Part shown: piece after piece, positions 14,205 through 25,346 of the stretch
Layout: each line of letters begins with the position of its first letter
Numbering within the stretch: the first letter of the stretch is position 1
DNA from: Chrysomallon squamiferum
Lineage: Eukaryota > Animalia > Mollusca
Assembly (NCBI GenBank): GCA_012295275.1
Contig: CM022665.1
Span: forward strand, 16,802,001-16,866,000
Length of the DNA stretch: 64,000 bases
Reading direction: 5' to 3'
Translations under genes and position numbers: made by a program
The notes under the pieces: generated by a model
What the model was told of the DNA's origin: nothing
What the model saw: the letters and a program-made list of their open reading frames with translations, nothing else
The model's database searches: none

Positions 14205-14420
14205 TTTTTCACAAGTGATGTGAAATCTTAATACAACTTAGGAATCAAAATTTAGATTTCAGAACAGTCCAGTCATCTGTAACTGACAATTTTCACACAT
14301 GGTGTGAAATTTTAATACAACTTATGAATCATAATTTAGACTTTCAGAACAGTCCAATCATCTGTGACTATTTTCACACACAGTGTGAAATCTTAATACA
14401 ACTTATAGATCAAAACTTCT
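14205..14420. repeat. ~81-84-bp tandem repeat (about 2.6 copies) directly behind the ZNF stop codon, each unit with a TTTCAC...GTGAAA palindrome
   Basis: GTGAAATYTTAATACAACTTA recurs at 14220, 14304 and 14385, with shared TTTCAGAACAGTCCARTCATCTGT blocks between. Confidence 0.9.
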
Positions 14421-14427
14421 GAGAAGT

Positions 14428-17412
14428 TTAATCGTCTATAACTGATTCTATTTTGACAACAGTTTGAGGTTCTGAAAGAGCTGAATTATCCAACTCTATA
14501 ACCTCTGTCTTTATGTCAGTAAGAGCATGAAGTACTTTGGCTGCCTCATTTTGCAACACCTTTGTGTTTATGTCAGCCTTTGTTTCAGAAGCCGCAGGAT
14601 TGTCCATGACCACCACAGTAATAACATTATCTTCTAAGCCTTGTTCCTGTTTCAAAACCTGCAGCGTTACTTGGTTGCCACTATTTTCCACACCATCAAG
14701 CTGAAATGTTTCAACTATGCCACTGTTCTCGACAACATTGGCAGTCACCACCTCTTTTGGAACCGAGTCAGACTGTTCTGGAAGCTGTTGTTTCAGCCCT
14801 GGTTCATGTTTCATCTTTATGGCTGTATTTTCCCCTTCAATGTTGCTGTGTACGCTTTCAAGATGTGCTTTCAAAGTTTTCTTCTTGAAGAATCGTTTAC
14901 TGCAGAAGTTGCACACTTGGCTCCTTTCTGGCTCTGGTTCTCCAGTGTGTTTACGGATGTGTTTCTTCATGACATTCATGTCATTAAAATCCTCCTCACA
15001 GAAGGGACATTTCAAAGGGACTTCACCATTTTCAGAATGCACTTTCATGTGAGCTAAGGCATTTGTGAAGTATGTGAATTCCTGCTGACATTCTCCACAC
15101 TGGTACTTCTGTTCAGCAATGTCTGGCATGTAGTCCTTCGTGTTTCCCTGTGCCATTAGAACAGCTCTTCGAGTCTCGGGGTGTCTTTTGAAGTGTTTCA
15201 CCAGATGACCTTTTGAAGAAAAGGTTTTGTTGCAAATGCCACACGTTTCTCTTGAAACCTTTTCGTGAGTGCATCGGTTGTGGCGGGTCAAAGCACTTTT
15301 ATCTGCAAACTTTAGCTCACAAAGCTCACATTGGTAGGGTTTCTCACCTGTGTGGGTTCGATAGTGCATCATGAAGTGCCAGGAGGAAATGAATTTTTTC
15401 CCACATCTGTCACATTCCCGGCTCGTTTCATTTTCATGTTGCTTAAAGTGACGTTTGAGCTGAACTGGAAATGCAAAAGTTTTGTCGCAGAGTTTGCACT
15501 TGAGATATTTCTTCTGTTCTTGTCCCAGGTGGATTTGCTTCATATGTCTTTCTGCATTCTTTTGAACATTGAATTGTCGAAAACAGATCCCACATTGATA
15601 CAGAGTTTTCTCCCCTGGATCAGGATGCAGTGTCTTCTTGTGAACTTTTAAATGAGCATTCTGAGTAAATGATCTCTGACACACATCACATTTATATGCT
15701 CGAACAGATGAATGGACAGTCTTTTTGTGTTTCAGAAGATTTGATGGATGTGCAAAGCCTTTCCCACATATGTTGCACTTATTCTTGACATCATGTTCTT
15801 TTGTATCCCCATTCTTGCTCTTCAGTGAATAGCTGTGTACTGAATCTTGCTGCAGAACATTATCTACATTTAAAACATTCAATGAAATGTCATCCACTGA
15901 TGATTCTGATTCATTTGGTGAAAGCCTAACCACTGGTAAAGAAGGTGACAAGGGCTGTTGTGTTCGATATTTTCTTACTTTATGCTCAGTAGACTTTGGA
16001 GTTGATTTTTTTATACTCTGAACAAGTTTAACAACATCTTCAGCTGTCTGAACATTATTTTCTACTCTGCCATGTGTTTTTAAATGAGAATTCAATCTAA
16101 GCATATTCACAAAACGACTTGGGCATTTACTGCACTTGTATAGTTTTTCATGCGAGTTCATGTGCCTTTTTAAGTGAGTGTTATCGTAAAATGACTTTCC
16201 ACATAGATTGCATGGAAATGGACGTTCCCCTGTGTGCTGTCGTGAGTGAATCATCATGGAAAACTTTGTGGTAAATGACTTCTTGCATATCTGACATGTA
16301 AAGGGCTTTTTTCCAGAATGGGAAAACTCATGACGTTTCAGATGAGATGAGAGAGAAAAGGCTTTTCCGCACTGGTTACATTTATAAGCTTTTATCCCCG
16401 AGTGAATAACCATGTGAGTTTGTATGTTAGATTTGGATGAGAATTTTTTAGCACAGTAAGGACACTGGAAGAGTTTCCTGTAGACATATTGCCCTGTGTG
16501 AAGTTCCATGTGCACTTTGAGGTGGGCAATTTGTGTGAAGCGTCGATGACAGATATCACAGCCAAATGGTTTCTCTCCAGTGTGAAGGTAACTGTGTCGT
16601 ATTAACTTGGAAGCAGAGACAAAAGTCTTGAAACAAACCTGACAAGTATTACTAATCTTTTTTGAGTTCTTTACAGTTTCTAAATTAATGGAACTGACTG
16701 TATTCTTCAGGTGGCTTGCTGAAGTTCCTTCGTCTGCTTTGATGGCTGATGTAGTAGCTTCCTCTTCTTGAGACCGAGAACTAGATGCCACTGACTGTTC
16801 CCCAGCTGGATTACTCTGGAGTAAACTTTCATCAGTCTGGGTCATTATGGCTCTAAGTTCTCGGAAGTGTGGCTTGGGATTGTGAGTGCTCATGTGCTGC
16901 TTCAGTTCCTCAACAGATGAGAAATTTCTACTGCATATAACACATTTACTATTCTCAGCACTCGAATCCAAATCCTGTGGAACATAGAGAACCTGTAAGA
17001 TCTGTGTGCCATCAGCAATTTCTTTCCAATCATTCATGCTTATTTCACACACCTCAAAATTTTGATTAGCTTCAATATTACTTGTTTCTCCTTTTGTCTG
17101 TGCATCTTCATCAATATTTTTAATCTGAATGTATCGAACAATATGCTGGATTTCTCCGTCTGCTGTCTTTACTTCGTAAGTGGAAGAAAGATTATTTTCC
17201 TCAGGTTCCATTTGAACAAGCTCTTCTTTAATGACAATGTCCGTTGTTCCTGGTTCCAGGAGCAAGACATTGTCTGGAGGTAATGTTTCAGAGACAACAT
17301 TAGTCTTCACATCAACCTTACTATTTCCTGCATCTTCTGTCACCAAGACACCACTTTCTTTGGTAGAAGAATGACTGTTTAAAATATCAACTGCATTACA
17401 GAGTGTTTCCAT
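14428..17412 (-). CDS. Multi-C2H2 zinc-finger transcription factor, 994 aa, 18 fingers, single coding exon
   Basis: Uninterrupted ORF with 18 C-x2-C-x12-H-x3/4-H fingers and several TGEKP-type linkers. Acidic N- and C-terminal regions, with no KRAB, BTB or ZAD domain recognised. Splice acceptor (minus-strand TTTTCAG, 17421) lies 8 nt upstream of the ATG. Candidate polyA signals on the minus strand near 12733-12753. Confidence 0.93.
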   Translation of the reverse strand: METLCNAVDILNSHSSTKESGVLVTEDAGNSKVDVKTNVVSETLPPDNVLLLEPGTTDIVIKEELVQMEPEENNLSSTYEVKTADGEIQHIVRYIQIKNIDEDAQTKGETSNIEANQNFEVCEISMNDWKEIADGTQILQVLYVPQDLDSSAENSKCVICSRNFSSVEELKQHMSTHNPKPHFRELRAIMTQTDESLLQSNPAGEQSVASSSRSQEEEATTSAIKADEGTSASHLKNTVSSINLETVKNSKKISNTCQVCFKTFVSASKLIRHSYLHTGEKPFGCDICHRRFTQIAHLKVHMELHTGQYVYRKLFQCPYCAKKFSSKSNIQTHMVIHSGIKAYKCNQCGKAFSLSSHLKRHEFSHSGKKPFTCQICKKSFTTKFSMMIHSRQHTGERPFPCNLCGKSFYDNTHLKRHMNSHEKLYKCSKCPSRFVNMLRLNSHLKTHGRVENNVQTAEDVVKLVQSIKKSTPKSTEHKVRKYRTQQPLSPSLPVVRLSPNESESSVDDISLNVLNVDNVLQQDSVHSYSLKSKNGDTKEHDVKNKCNICGKGFAHPSNLLKHKKTVHSSVRAYKCDVCQRSFTQNAHLKVHKKTLHPDPGEKTLYQCGICFRQFNVQKNAERHMKQIHLGQEQKKYLKCKLCDKTFAFPVQLKRHFKQHENETSRECDRCGKKFISSWHFMMHYRTHTGEKPYQCELCELKFADKSALTRHNRCTHEKVSRETCGICNKTFSSKGHLVKHFKRHPETRRAVLMAQGNTKDYMPDIAEQKYQCGECQQEFTYFTNALAHMKVHSENGEVPLKCPFCEEDFNDMNVMKKHIRKHTGEPEPERSQVCNFCSKRFFKKKTLKAHLESVHSNIEGENTAIKMKHEPGLKQQLPEQSDSVPKEVVTANVVENSGIVETFQLDGVENSGNQVTLQVLKQEQGLEDNVITVVVMDNPAASETKADINTKVLQNEAAKVLHALTDIKTEVIELDNSALSEPQTVVKIESVIDD

Positions 17413-19008
17413 TTTGCAGGCTGAAAAATGAAATAAAATATTCCATTTAATATTCCACTAGGCTTCTGATTCAAAAACAGTACATTTAATTTTTATAAGA
17501 TATTGTTTTGCTACCAAGTTTTAAATATTACTCTGATTTAATGATATTTACATCAGTGAAAAACAAATATTTTGTAACCACACCATTTCCGTTTTTTATG
17601 TAGGTAGACAATTTTTTGCTTTTTCATTTTATATGTTGAATGACAGTGTATGAAGATGATATCTAACCCTAGTATTCAGGAGGCTCGACAGGAGTGTACA
17701 GTAAACTACAAATTTACACAAGAAAACATTAAAATTGTTATTTGTTTGAACAAATGTTAATGGACATTTCTCAGGTTAGGCAGGGACTCTAAACAAGTAC
17801 TGTTTTTAAATGGACCAAGGTTTATTACAATTCTCAATAAAAAGATTTTCATATGATGATACTCATGGCATATGTAAGCTGAAAGTCACCTGACTTTTGG
17901 AGTGCATTTCGCACTCATTCTCATTTCTGTTTCATCGTTATATTTACATATTTATCATGACTCAGTATATATGTGTGGTCTTCTCAGTGAATGATGTGAC
18001 CAGAGATTACCAGTGCTGCCAATGTCTGAATATTTAGATTGTTTGCTTGTTTAATTTAATAATTATTTGGCATAGTATTCCAGTTTTAGATAATATTTTG
18101 TTTTCTGATAAAGATGTTGATTATGAAGACAATTTTTAGCAAGTTGGATTTTTATGATTTTTTTTCTATCTAATCAACACAGGCAAGACATAAGGGAAAT
18201 TAGCACTAATTAACTGATACAATTTGTTTTTTATTCAAAACTGAATGTTAGTAAAATGCTTGAAAATGGAAAGCCCTCTCCAATTCACCAATCTTGAAAA
18301 ATGATATTTTTGTATACTGGTTTAATTTCTATTGAGTTTTTGAAAAGTATTTAAAGGTGCAAGATACATTTGAGCTAATTTAGTGCAGTTAATCAATTAA
18401 TTAAAATTCATGAATATTAGCAACATGCTTAAAAATAGCTCTAGAACTCATCAAAAGCTTTATTTCGATATATAATACATGAATACTGGTTTGAAACAAT
18501 ATGAAATATTCAGTGTTAATCTTGCCAAACGGTTGAAATGAATCACAATTTTGTCACAGATTCAGTAGAAAAAATACCAGCCAATTTTATTCAGATAAAA
18601 ATTTGTAACTTTCTTAATATAAGTGTTATCAAAGATATCTTGGTCTCATTTTAATTTTTTATTTTTTGCTGAACTTTCTGATGATATATAATTTTATAAG
18701 AAAATAACATTTTAAAAATATTTTGTCACATACCTATGAATTTAGTTTATGAATGACTATATTATAGTATATAGTATATGATCATTATATTTGAAAATGT
18801 ATTTCATGCAAGAATGTCAAGGTGACACTTCTGTTAATTAGTAAATGTATATTTTAATATTACTGATACATTTAATTTCGTAAGAAATGTAAAAGTTTAG
18901 ATTAAATATTAAATGTATAAATAAAGATGGAGATAGATGTAAGGTATAAATTGCTAGCAGACTAAAACTATAATACATAGTCTCGGTGAAACTGTCTTAA
19001 TCTATTGC

Positions 19009-19323
19009 AAATGGCGGCTAGAGCACGCGAGGTTGATAACCTCGACTTATAAATGTGTTCATTAAACCCTATTTTTATATCCTGCTTGTCATAATTTTTT
19101 AACAGTAATAAGAAATATTAAATGTGTTAAGCATACAAATACTACCTGCTTTATAAAATTCTCTGTTGTGTTTATTTGTTCTGTTATATATTCAACAAAT
19201 GACTGTGCTGAAGAGACAAAACAACTTCCGAGAAGATAACTCGAAAATGTTAAAGCATCTTTAACTTCCGATGTGGAATTCCGCGTGTCTCATTCGAAGA
19301 AGAATCACACATTATAAAATATG
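19009..19323. promoter_or_regulatory. Bidirectional CpG-retaining promoter shared by the ZNF gene (-) and FCF1 (+), including the putative non-coding ZNF exon 1
   Basis: Minus-strand donor CAG|GTAGT at 19146/19145 pairs with the acceptor at 17421. FCF1 ATG is at 19321. ETS-like ACTTCCG at 19224 and 19264, YY1-like AAATGGCGGC at 19009-19018, and local CpG enrichment in otherwise CpG-poor DNA. Confidence 0.65.
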
Positions 19324-19891
19324 GTATGAAACCCCCACCAACAGAACTATATATTATTTACGGTATTGCAGAAATTAATATCAACGGTCATTTATGACAC
19401 TATGCAGTATGCTGATATTTCAAATTTATTATAGATTTATTAGTAAAAACGATGGGTTTTTTGTTTGTTGTTTGTTGTTTTCTAGTTAATAAGTTACTAG
19501 TTACTAAGTTAGGCTTTAATTCGACTTTAAGATTAAAAGTGTTCGAGTTAAATATTTATTGTAAATTAATAATTGTAATTTTATTTCTTGGTAGCTTTAA
19601 AAATTTATATTTCAGGGAAAGTCAAAGCAGGCTAGAAAATTTGCTACCATGAAAAGAATGATCAGTTTAACTGATTCAAGAATGTAAGTATTTTGGCTTT
19701 GTCTAACTCTAAGTTCTAACTAATTTTAATTTTTTTTTTTAATGTTTAAAAATTTATTTGTGATTGTATAAGGCCTGTGACTACGAGTAGTATGCTTATT
19801 CTAAGTCTATTTAGGATTATTGACACAATCTTGTTTTTTATTTTTTATTTTTATTTATTTTTTTATTTTTTTATTTATTTATTTATTTTTT

Positions 19892-19929
<38 letters not shown>

Positions 19930-22900
19930 AATCAATTTTAAAAAACAACAACAAGAAGAAAAGAGTAAATTAAAGTTATATTACTTAACCAAGAATGAAA
20001 ATTAATTAGTAGATTGGTAAATACTAGATATTAACTTACCATACAGGAAAAATCCATACAGTGCTATAATTTATTACTAGTGTAGATATAATTCATTAAT
20101 TGTGGTAGTACATGCACATAAAAGTTCTGTTTGCTGATTGGCAGCAAATAATATATGATCATCCCCATTTCTTCAAAAAAAAAAAAAAATTAAGTTCCAA
20201 AGAAGATGTCTGATTTTATTTTTCCTCAATTTTATTGACTGCAAGAATAACTTTGGCTAAAATTTCCAGTTTTGTAATACAATACATAGTGATATAAATA
20301 GTGGTGATCTGATGAAGTGTTCTCGTGCCTTTATTTCTTTAAATTAAGTACATTACTGTTAAGTTTTTTCTTTTTATACTGCTGTGTAAGATAATAATGA
20401 TTGTAGTTTTGTAGTTACACTAAATAACACCCAAGTCAAAGAATAATATAGACATTTAGTTTCCTCCTTTCAATTCATGATCAGCAACAGAAGTCTTAAA
20501 TTAATCATACTTGGTAAAAATGCATAACTATATATGAAATGTGTTCCTGGCGAGTACACTTTAAAATTAATTAGAATGAGGTAAGTAAATTTGTTGCATT
20601 ATCATCATGGTATTACAGATCCATTTATGATTATAATTTTTTGATTAACATCGCTAAGCTCTCTCAGTATGTTTCCAATTTATCTAGTTATTGAAAGGGA
20701 GGGGCAGGCACATTCCTGATAGGAGTTGCCCCATGCATGGCTAATTCTTTTTTTATAACTAAATTTATAATTATTACATTTGTTATAAATTTTTATACGT
20801 TTCAAACAATTTTTATTGTTTTATTATTTAAAATATCTGGATAATTATTTCATTAACAACATTATGATAAATGTGTATTATGATTTATTTATCTTTTTTC
20901 TGATGATGTATCACTATTATTGTTTTATTTCATTAATTTTTTTTTAAAAACACCAGCAAAGCTAAGGATAGAGAAAAGCCGAAAAAGAAAAGAAAGAGGA
21001 AGCCAAACCCACAAAATCTAACTATTCGAGAAATGTAAGTTGCTTGATTCATTGCAAAATATGTATGTAAATTTTATTTTCTGATATTCTGGGTTAAAAT
21101 TTAAATGTATGTATCAGAGTCGGGAGTAATGTAAATTTGAACATTTATATGAAAAAAACACAAAGATTTGGTAAATTTTATTTTTCAAAGTTTAAGAACT
21201 TAAGTTATATTCTTGAATTTGCTGTCAGCTCAGTGATATGCCTGATTTGAAAACTGCTGATCCTGATGAAATTTTCTGAATTCACAATGATTGTGAGGAA
21301 AGAGTGAAAAATACAAAACCAGAGCAAAAAATCTTACAAGGTAAAATACAGGCCCTCAGTTTATGTTTAAACATACATTTGTTGATCTTACCCCAAAACA
21401 GTACTAGTATAAGTCATAACTATGAATCTGTGTAAGTATACAAGTTTAGATTTTTGAACATGAAAAAGACCTTAAATTTGATCATTCTGAGTACAGACAG
21501 GTACCTAATATTCTGTTTGTATTGTCATTTGTTCACAGCCCTCAGAGATCTTCAGCTTTATTCTTTCATTACAACACTCAGCTGGGACCTCCATATCATG
21601 TTTTACTTGATACCAACTTCATCAACTTTTCCATAAAGAACAAACTTGATATCATCACAGCAATGATGGACTGCCTGTACGCCAAGAGTAAGTGATGTTT
21701 ATTTGTGTCAACTGTCACTAATCCAGCATTGCTGGGAACTGCAGGATGCCATATTAGTGATTTTACCGGATATGTTGGGTTCAAATGCACTTAATTCTAC
21801 AACTCACCACTTCATCCTAATTTTTAAATACCACAAATTTTGCTGTTGATTTTTTTTTTTTTTTTTTTTTCACAACAATGTACTGTGTTTGCATTTTACA
21901 CAATGAGAAGCTTTTCCTTTATTCATTGAAACTATGGTTAAAGTTAGCAGATTATAACAATAGATGGAGAAAAACAAATTGCAATGGTTTACAAATGACG
22001 CCAACAATATTTATACAACAAAAAGCACCATTAAAGATTAGCAACATTTTCACATTGTAAGGTTGAAAATTTGAAATCACAGAGTATTGATGGAACCAGG
22101 TTAGTGAATGCCAGATCACTGTTGGTTGACCTGTAAGATTTTTTTTTTATTAATTACTATATTTTATAACTAAAAATCTGTAAACAGATTAACCTTTTTG
22201 AATTTCTATGATTAGTAAAGGCTGAACTCTAAAAATATAAAACAGTGAGTAACACTAAATGAATTTTGACTCTTCCTTAAAACTTCAATATATTTAGTAT
22301 TAAAAAATGTGTACTTCTTTCTTTTACATTTAGCAATACCATATATAACTGATTGTGTAATGGCAGAAATAGAAAAACTTGGAAGTAAATACAGGGTTGC
22401 TCTTAGGTAAGTGTTGATAATCATAAAAGAAAGTACAAACAATACATGGGTATTTATTTTATTGAAAATTTTTATTTTTTCTGGCTGTCATTGTAATATG
22501 AATCTTTTTCTTTTTTTTCATATTTTATTTTCTTTTCATCTATATTTTATTTACATTATTTATGTTCTTGTTTTTAATTTAATTTAATTTTATTTTTTTA
22601 GATCTTGTTTACAAGTTTTTTGCTTCTTTTTAAAAATAAAAAAATCTGATATGACAGTGGGTAACAAAATAACTTTTTCTTGAAAAATCTGATAAAGCAG
22701 GCTGCTGTATCATTAATTTGTAACAGGATGTAACTTATATTTAAATTATACATAATCTTTTTTTCAGAATTGCTAAGGATCCCAGATTTGTACGACTACC
22801 TTGTCTGCACAAAGGAACCTATGCTGATGACTGTTTAGTTCAGCGAGTGACTCAGGTAAAAACAAAATTTATGAAAAAATAATACACAGTTGATCCTCCA

Positions 22901-23979
22901 TTGAATGGACTGAAAAAGTAGGGTTAAAGGTTGTCTGGAAAACAAAAATCCAGATTTTCATATAGGTTTTAGAAATAGCACAGATATTAGTATTAATATA
23001 GAATAATGTACAGAACTAAATTTACAGGTTTTACTCACTCGGATATGCATCAGTATTGGGTGGTGGCACCATTGTCAATGCACAAAAATTAAAAATAATG
23101 TTAAATATTTAGAAACTTCTGGGATAAAACGTGGAGCAGGTACAACATGAATGTACATTTGTTCAGTGTAAATAAACAGGCTGACACACTCGAGAAGTAA
23201 TCTTTCAGATGCTTTGCTGATGACTGAACAGGTCCAAATTTCAGTAAATTGAACAATATTTGTATATTTCCCAGATTTTGTCCAGGTTTTTTGAATTCTT
23301 GATAAATAGGGGTCCATTGAATGGAAAGTTGAGTGCATATCAAAGAAAAAGAAAAACCATCAGCTCATTATAAATAGAGTAATCTCATGATTCACTTGCA
23401 AAAGAGATTTCAAACTGCCTACATTTGTTTAAAAGCTTCTATCAACATTTTAGAACAAAAATACTTGACAGTAAGAAATGTTTATTTTTAATAAATGTCA
23501 CAAATAGTTTATATCAGCATTATGCATGCTCAAATTAAGAACGTATTTATATATTTTTTGTATTTACTACAGCACAAATGTTACATTGTGGGGACCTGTG
23601 ATAAGGATCTAAGAAGAAGAATACGAAAGATTCCTGGGGTACCCATCATGTATCTTTCAAAGGGAAAGTAAGTATTTTACACACATACACATGCATGTAT
23701 AAATGTACACAGCCCTTATATGTATATCAAGATTTATCATTTCATGCGATGAATGGTAATCCGGTTTATGTGTGGATGTGGATTCTTCATGAAAGGTGTC
23801 CCCTAATTTTACTTGCAAGTCTTGAACATTTGAGATTGCCTGACATAGTCATCTTGTATAAAACATTTGGGCCCTTTCCTAATTCATTCAGGTTTATTTT
23901 AAAATTCATATTTTTCTTTTTCTGTTTCAGATATTCTATTGAAAGAATGCCTGATGCTTTTGGAGCTCCAAAAATGTGA
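19321..23979 (+). CDS. FCF1: rRNA-processing protein FCF1 (UTP24, PIN-domain endonuclease of the SSU processome), 200 aa
   Basis: Exons 19321-19323 (ATG only), 19616-19683, 20957-21034, 21539-21687, 22334-22406, 22768-22855, 23573-23667 and 23931-23979 total 603 nt in frame. Translation: [24 protein letters not shown]...[32 protein letters not shown]...MMDCLYAK...[13 protein letters not shown]...[43 protein letters not shown]...[14 protein letters not shown] at 24069. Confidence 0.97.
22887..23335. mobile_element. Degenerate MITE (pogo/Tigger-like ends) in FCF1 intron 6
   Basis: Left end CAGTTGATCCTCCATTGAATGGAC resembles the reverse complement of the right end GTCCATTGAATGGAAAGTTGAGTG. Target-site duplication is unclear. 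Confidence 0.45.
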
Positions 23980-24249
23980 TTTTTGATAAAGGACATTTGA
24001 GTTTTTAAAATTTTTATTTCAAATGTACATTTTTAAAAAACAACAACCAAACACATTGTTTTGTTGATAATAAATCAAATGAAAATTTCGTTTTGTTTTG
24101 TCATTACTGGATAATAAAATGAGAAATTTATTCAGGCAAATTAAAATTTAAAGAAGAAAAAACAAATCGTAATGTTTATATTGTATTCCGTATTTCGTCA
24201 AGATTAGATTTTGTGAATGTTCATGAGAAGAGAACTCTTCTGGCCTTGT

Positions 24250-24364
24250 GAAATCAAAATCGCGCTCTCTCATCGAAGAAGAGCAGGTTTATTATTTACC
24301 GGAAGTAGTGTTTGAAGTTACGTTAACATGTGCTTTTATTTATGTTCAATATTTTCAAAATCAA
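24250..24364 (+). promoter_or_regulatory. Compact TRMT5 promoter with a canonical ETS site
   Basis: ACCGGAAGT at 24298-24306, about 60 bp upstream of ATG 24365. CpG-retaining patch at about 24150-24660. Confidence 0.55.
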
Positions 24365-25178
24365 ATGCTTCCACGATTGCTTTTTACACGATCCTTTTTG
24401 GCGAGAGTTACACGCAAATCACAAGGTTATAAAAGTCTATGTCAAAGCAACTATCATAGCAATCAAACATTAATTAAAAACCGTAATTCGTACAAAGTTT
24501 CAACATTAAGAAGGCTTGTGAAATGGGAAGAATCGAACGATAACAAAATTGCAGTTAGTTTAACATTCTCATCAGCTTGGTGGAGATATATGCGATTATT
24601 ACCACAGTTAATAAAATTAAATATGTCGGATAAATGTGAAACTGCCGAATTGCGTCCTCCTCCAAATGTGAAAGGAATGACAAAATTGGACAGAGGTTTG
24701 TTCACCACGTCTGTTGTAGTACCGGCATTAAGGATTCCAGTGAAATCTGTTAAAATGGTTTCAAAACTAATGAAATCACAATTTTTGAAACTTCACAAAA
24801 TTAAACCAGTTGCAGAGCTTTCAGACTCTGATCCAGATCGAAAATCCTTTCGAATGATTCTACTGAATCCTGGAAAGTGTTCGAGTATGGATGATGTGCC
24901 AGGTGATGTTAAACTGCTTTTAAAAGAAGATAAAAAAGAAACAAAATTTGAATATTTTACACTGGATCTAACATATGACAACTGGAGTCTGACAGATGTT
25001 CTGAAGGCAGTATTGCCGGATAGTGCTGAAAATGTATCGGGATTCAGCATCATTGGTCACATAGCACACCTCAACCTGAAGTCAGAAGTTGAAGATTACA
25101 AATTTGTGATTGGTAAAACATTTTCAGATTTTAACTGCTATATTTAATAATATGATTTATTCTTGAAAAGTCTATTTA

Positions 25179-25209
<31 letters not shown>

Positions 25210-25229
25210 AGTATTCCAGCTTATTATTT

Positions 25230-25280
<51 letters not shown>

Positions 25281-25307
25281 TTAACAGAGTATTCCAGCTT
25301 ATTATTT

Positions 25308-25346
<39 letters not shown>

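Noticed and set aside
14205-14420. Possible CRISPR-like array or decayed zinc-finger units (84 bp equals one finger)
   Set aside because: Whole units are similar, with no unique spacers, and the context is eukaryotic. Minus-strand translation has stops in all frames and no C2H2 pattern.
14641-15651. Plus-strand ORFs overlapping the ZNF gene (also those antisense to TRMT5 and FoxG)
   Set aside because: Antisense shadows of real coding sequence, with no recognisable protein features.
24248-24364. N-terminal extension of TRMT5 given in the ORF track
   Set aside because: Begins at GTG and runs through the promoter ETS site. The first ATG is at 24365.
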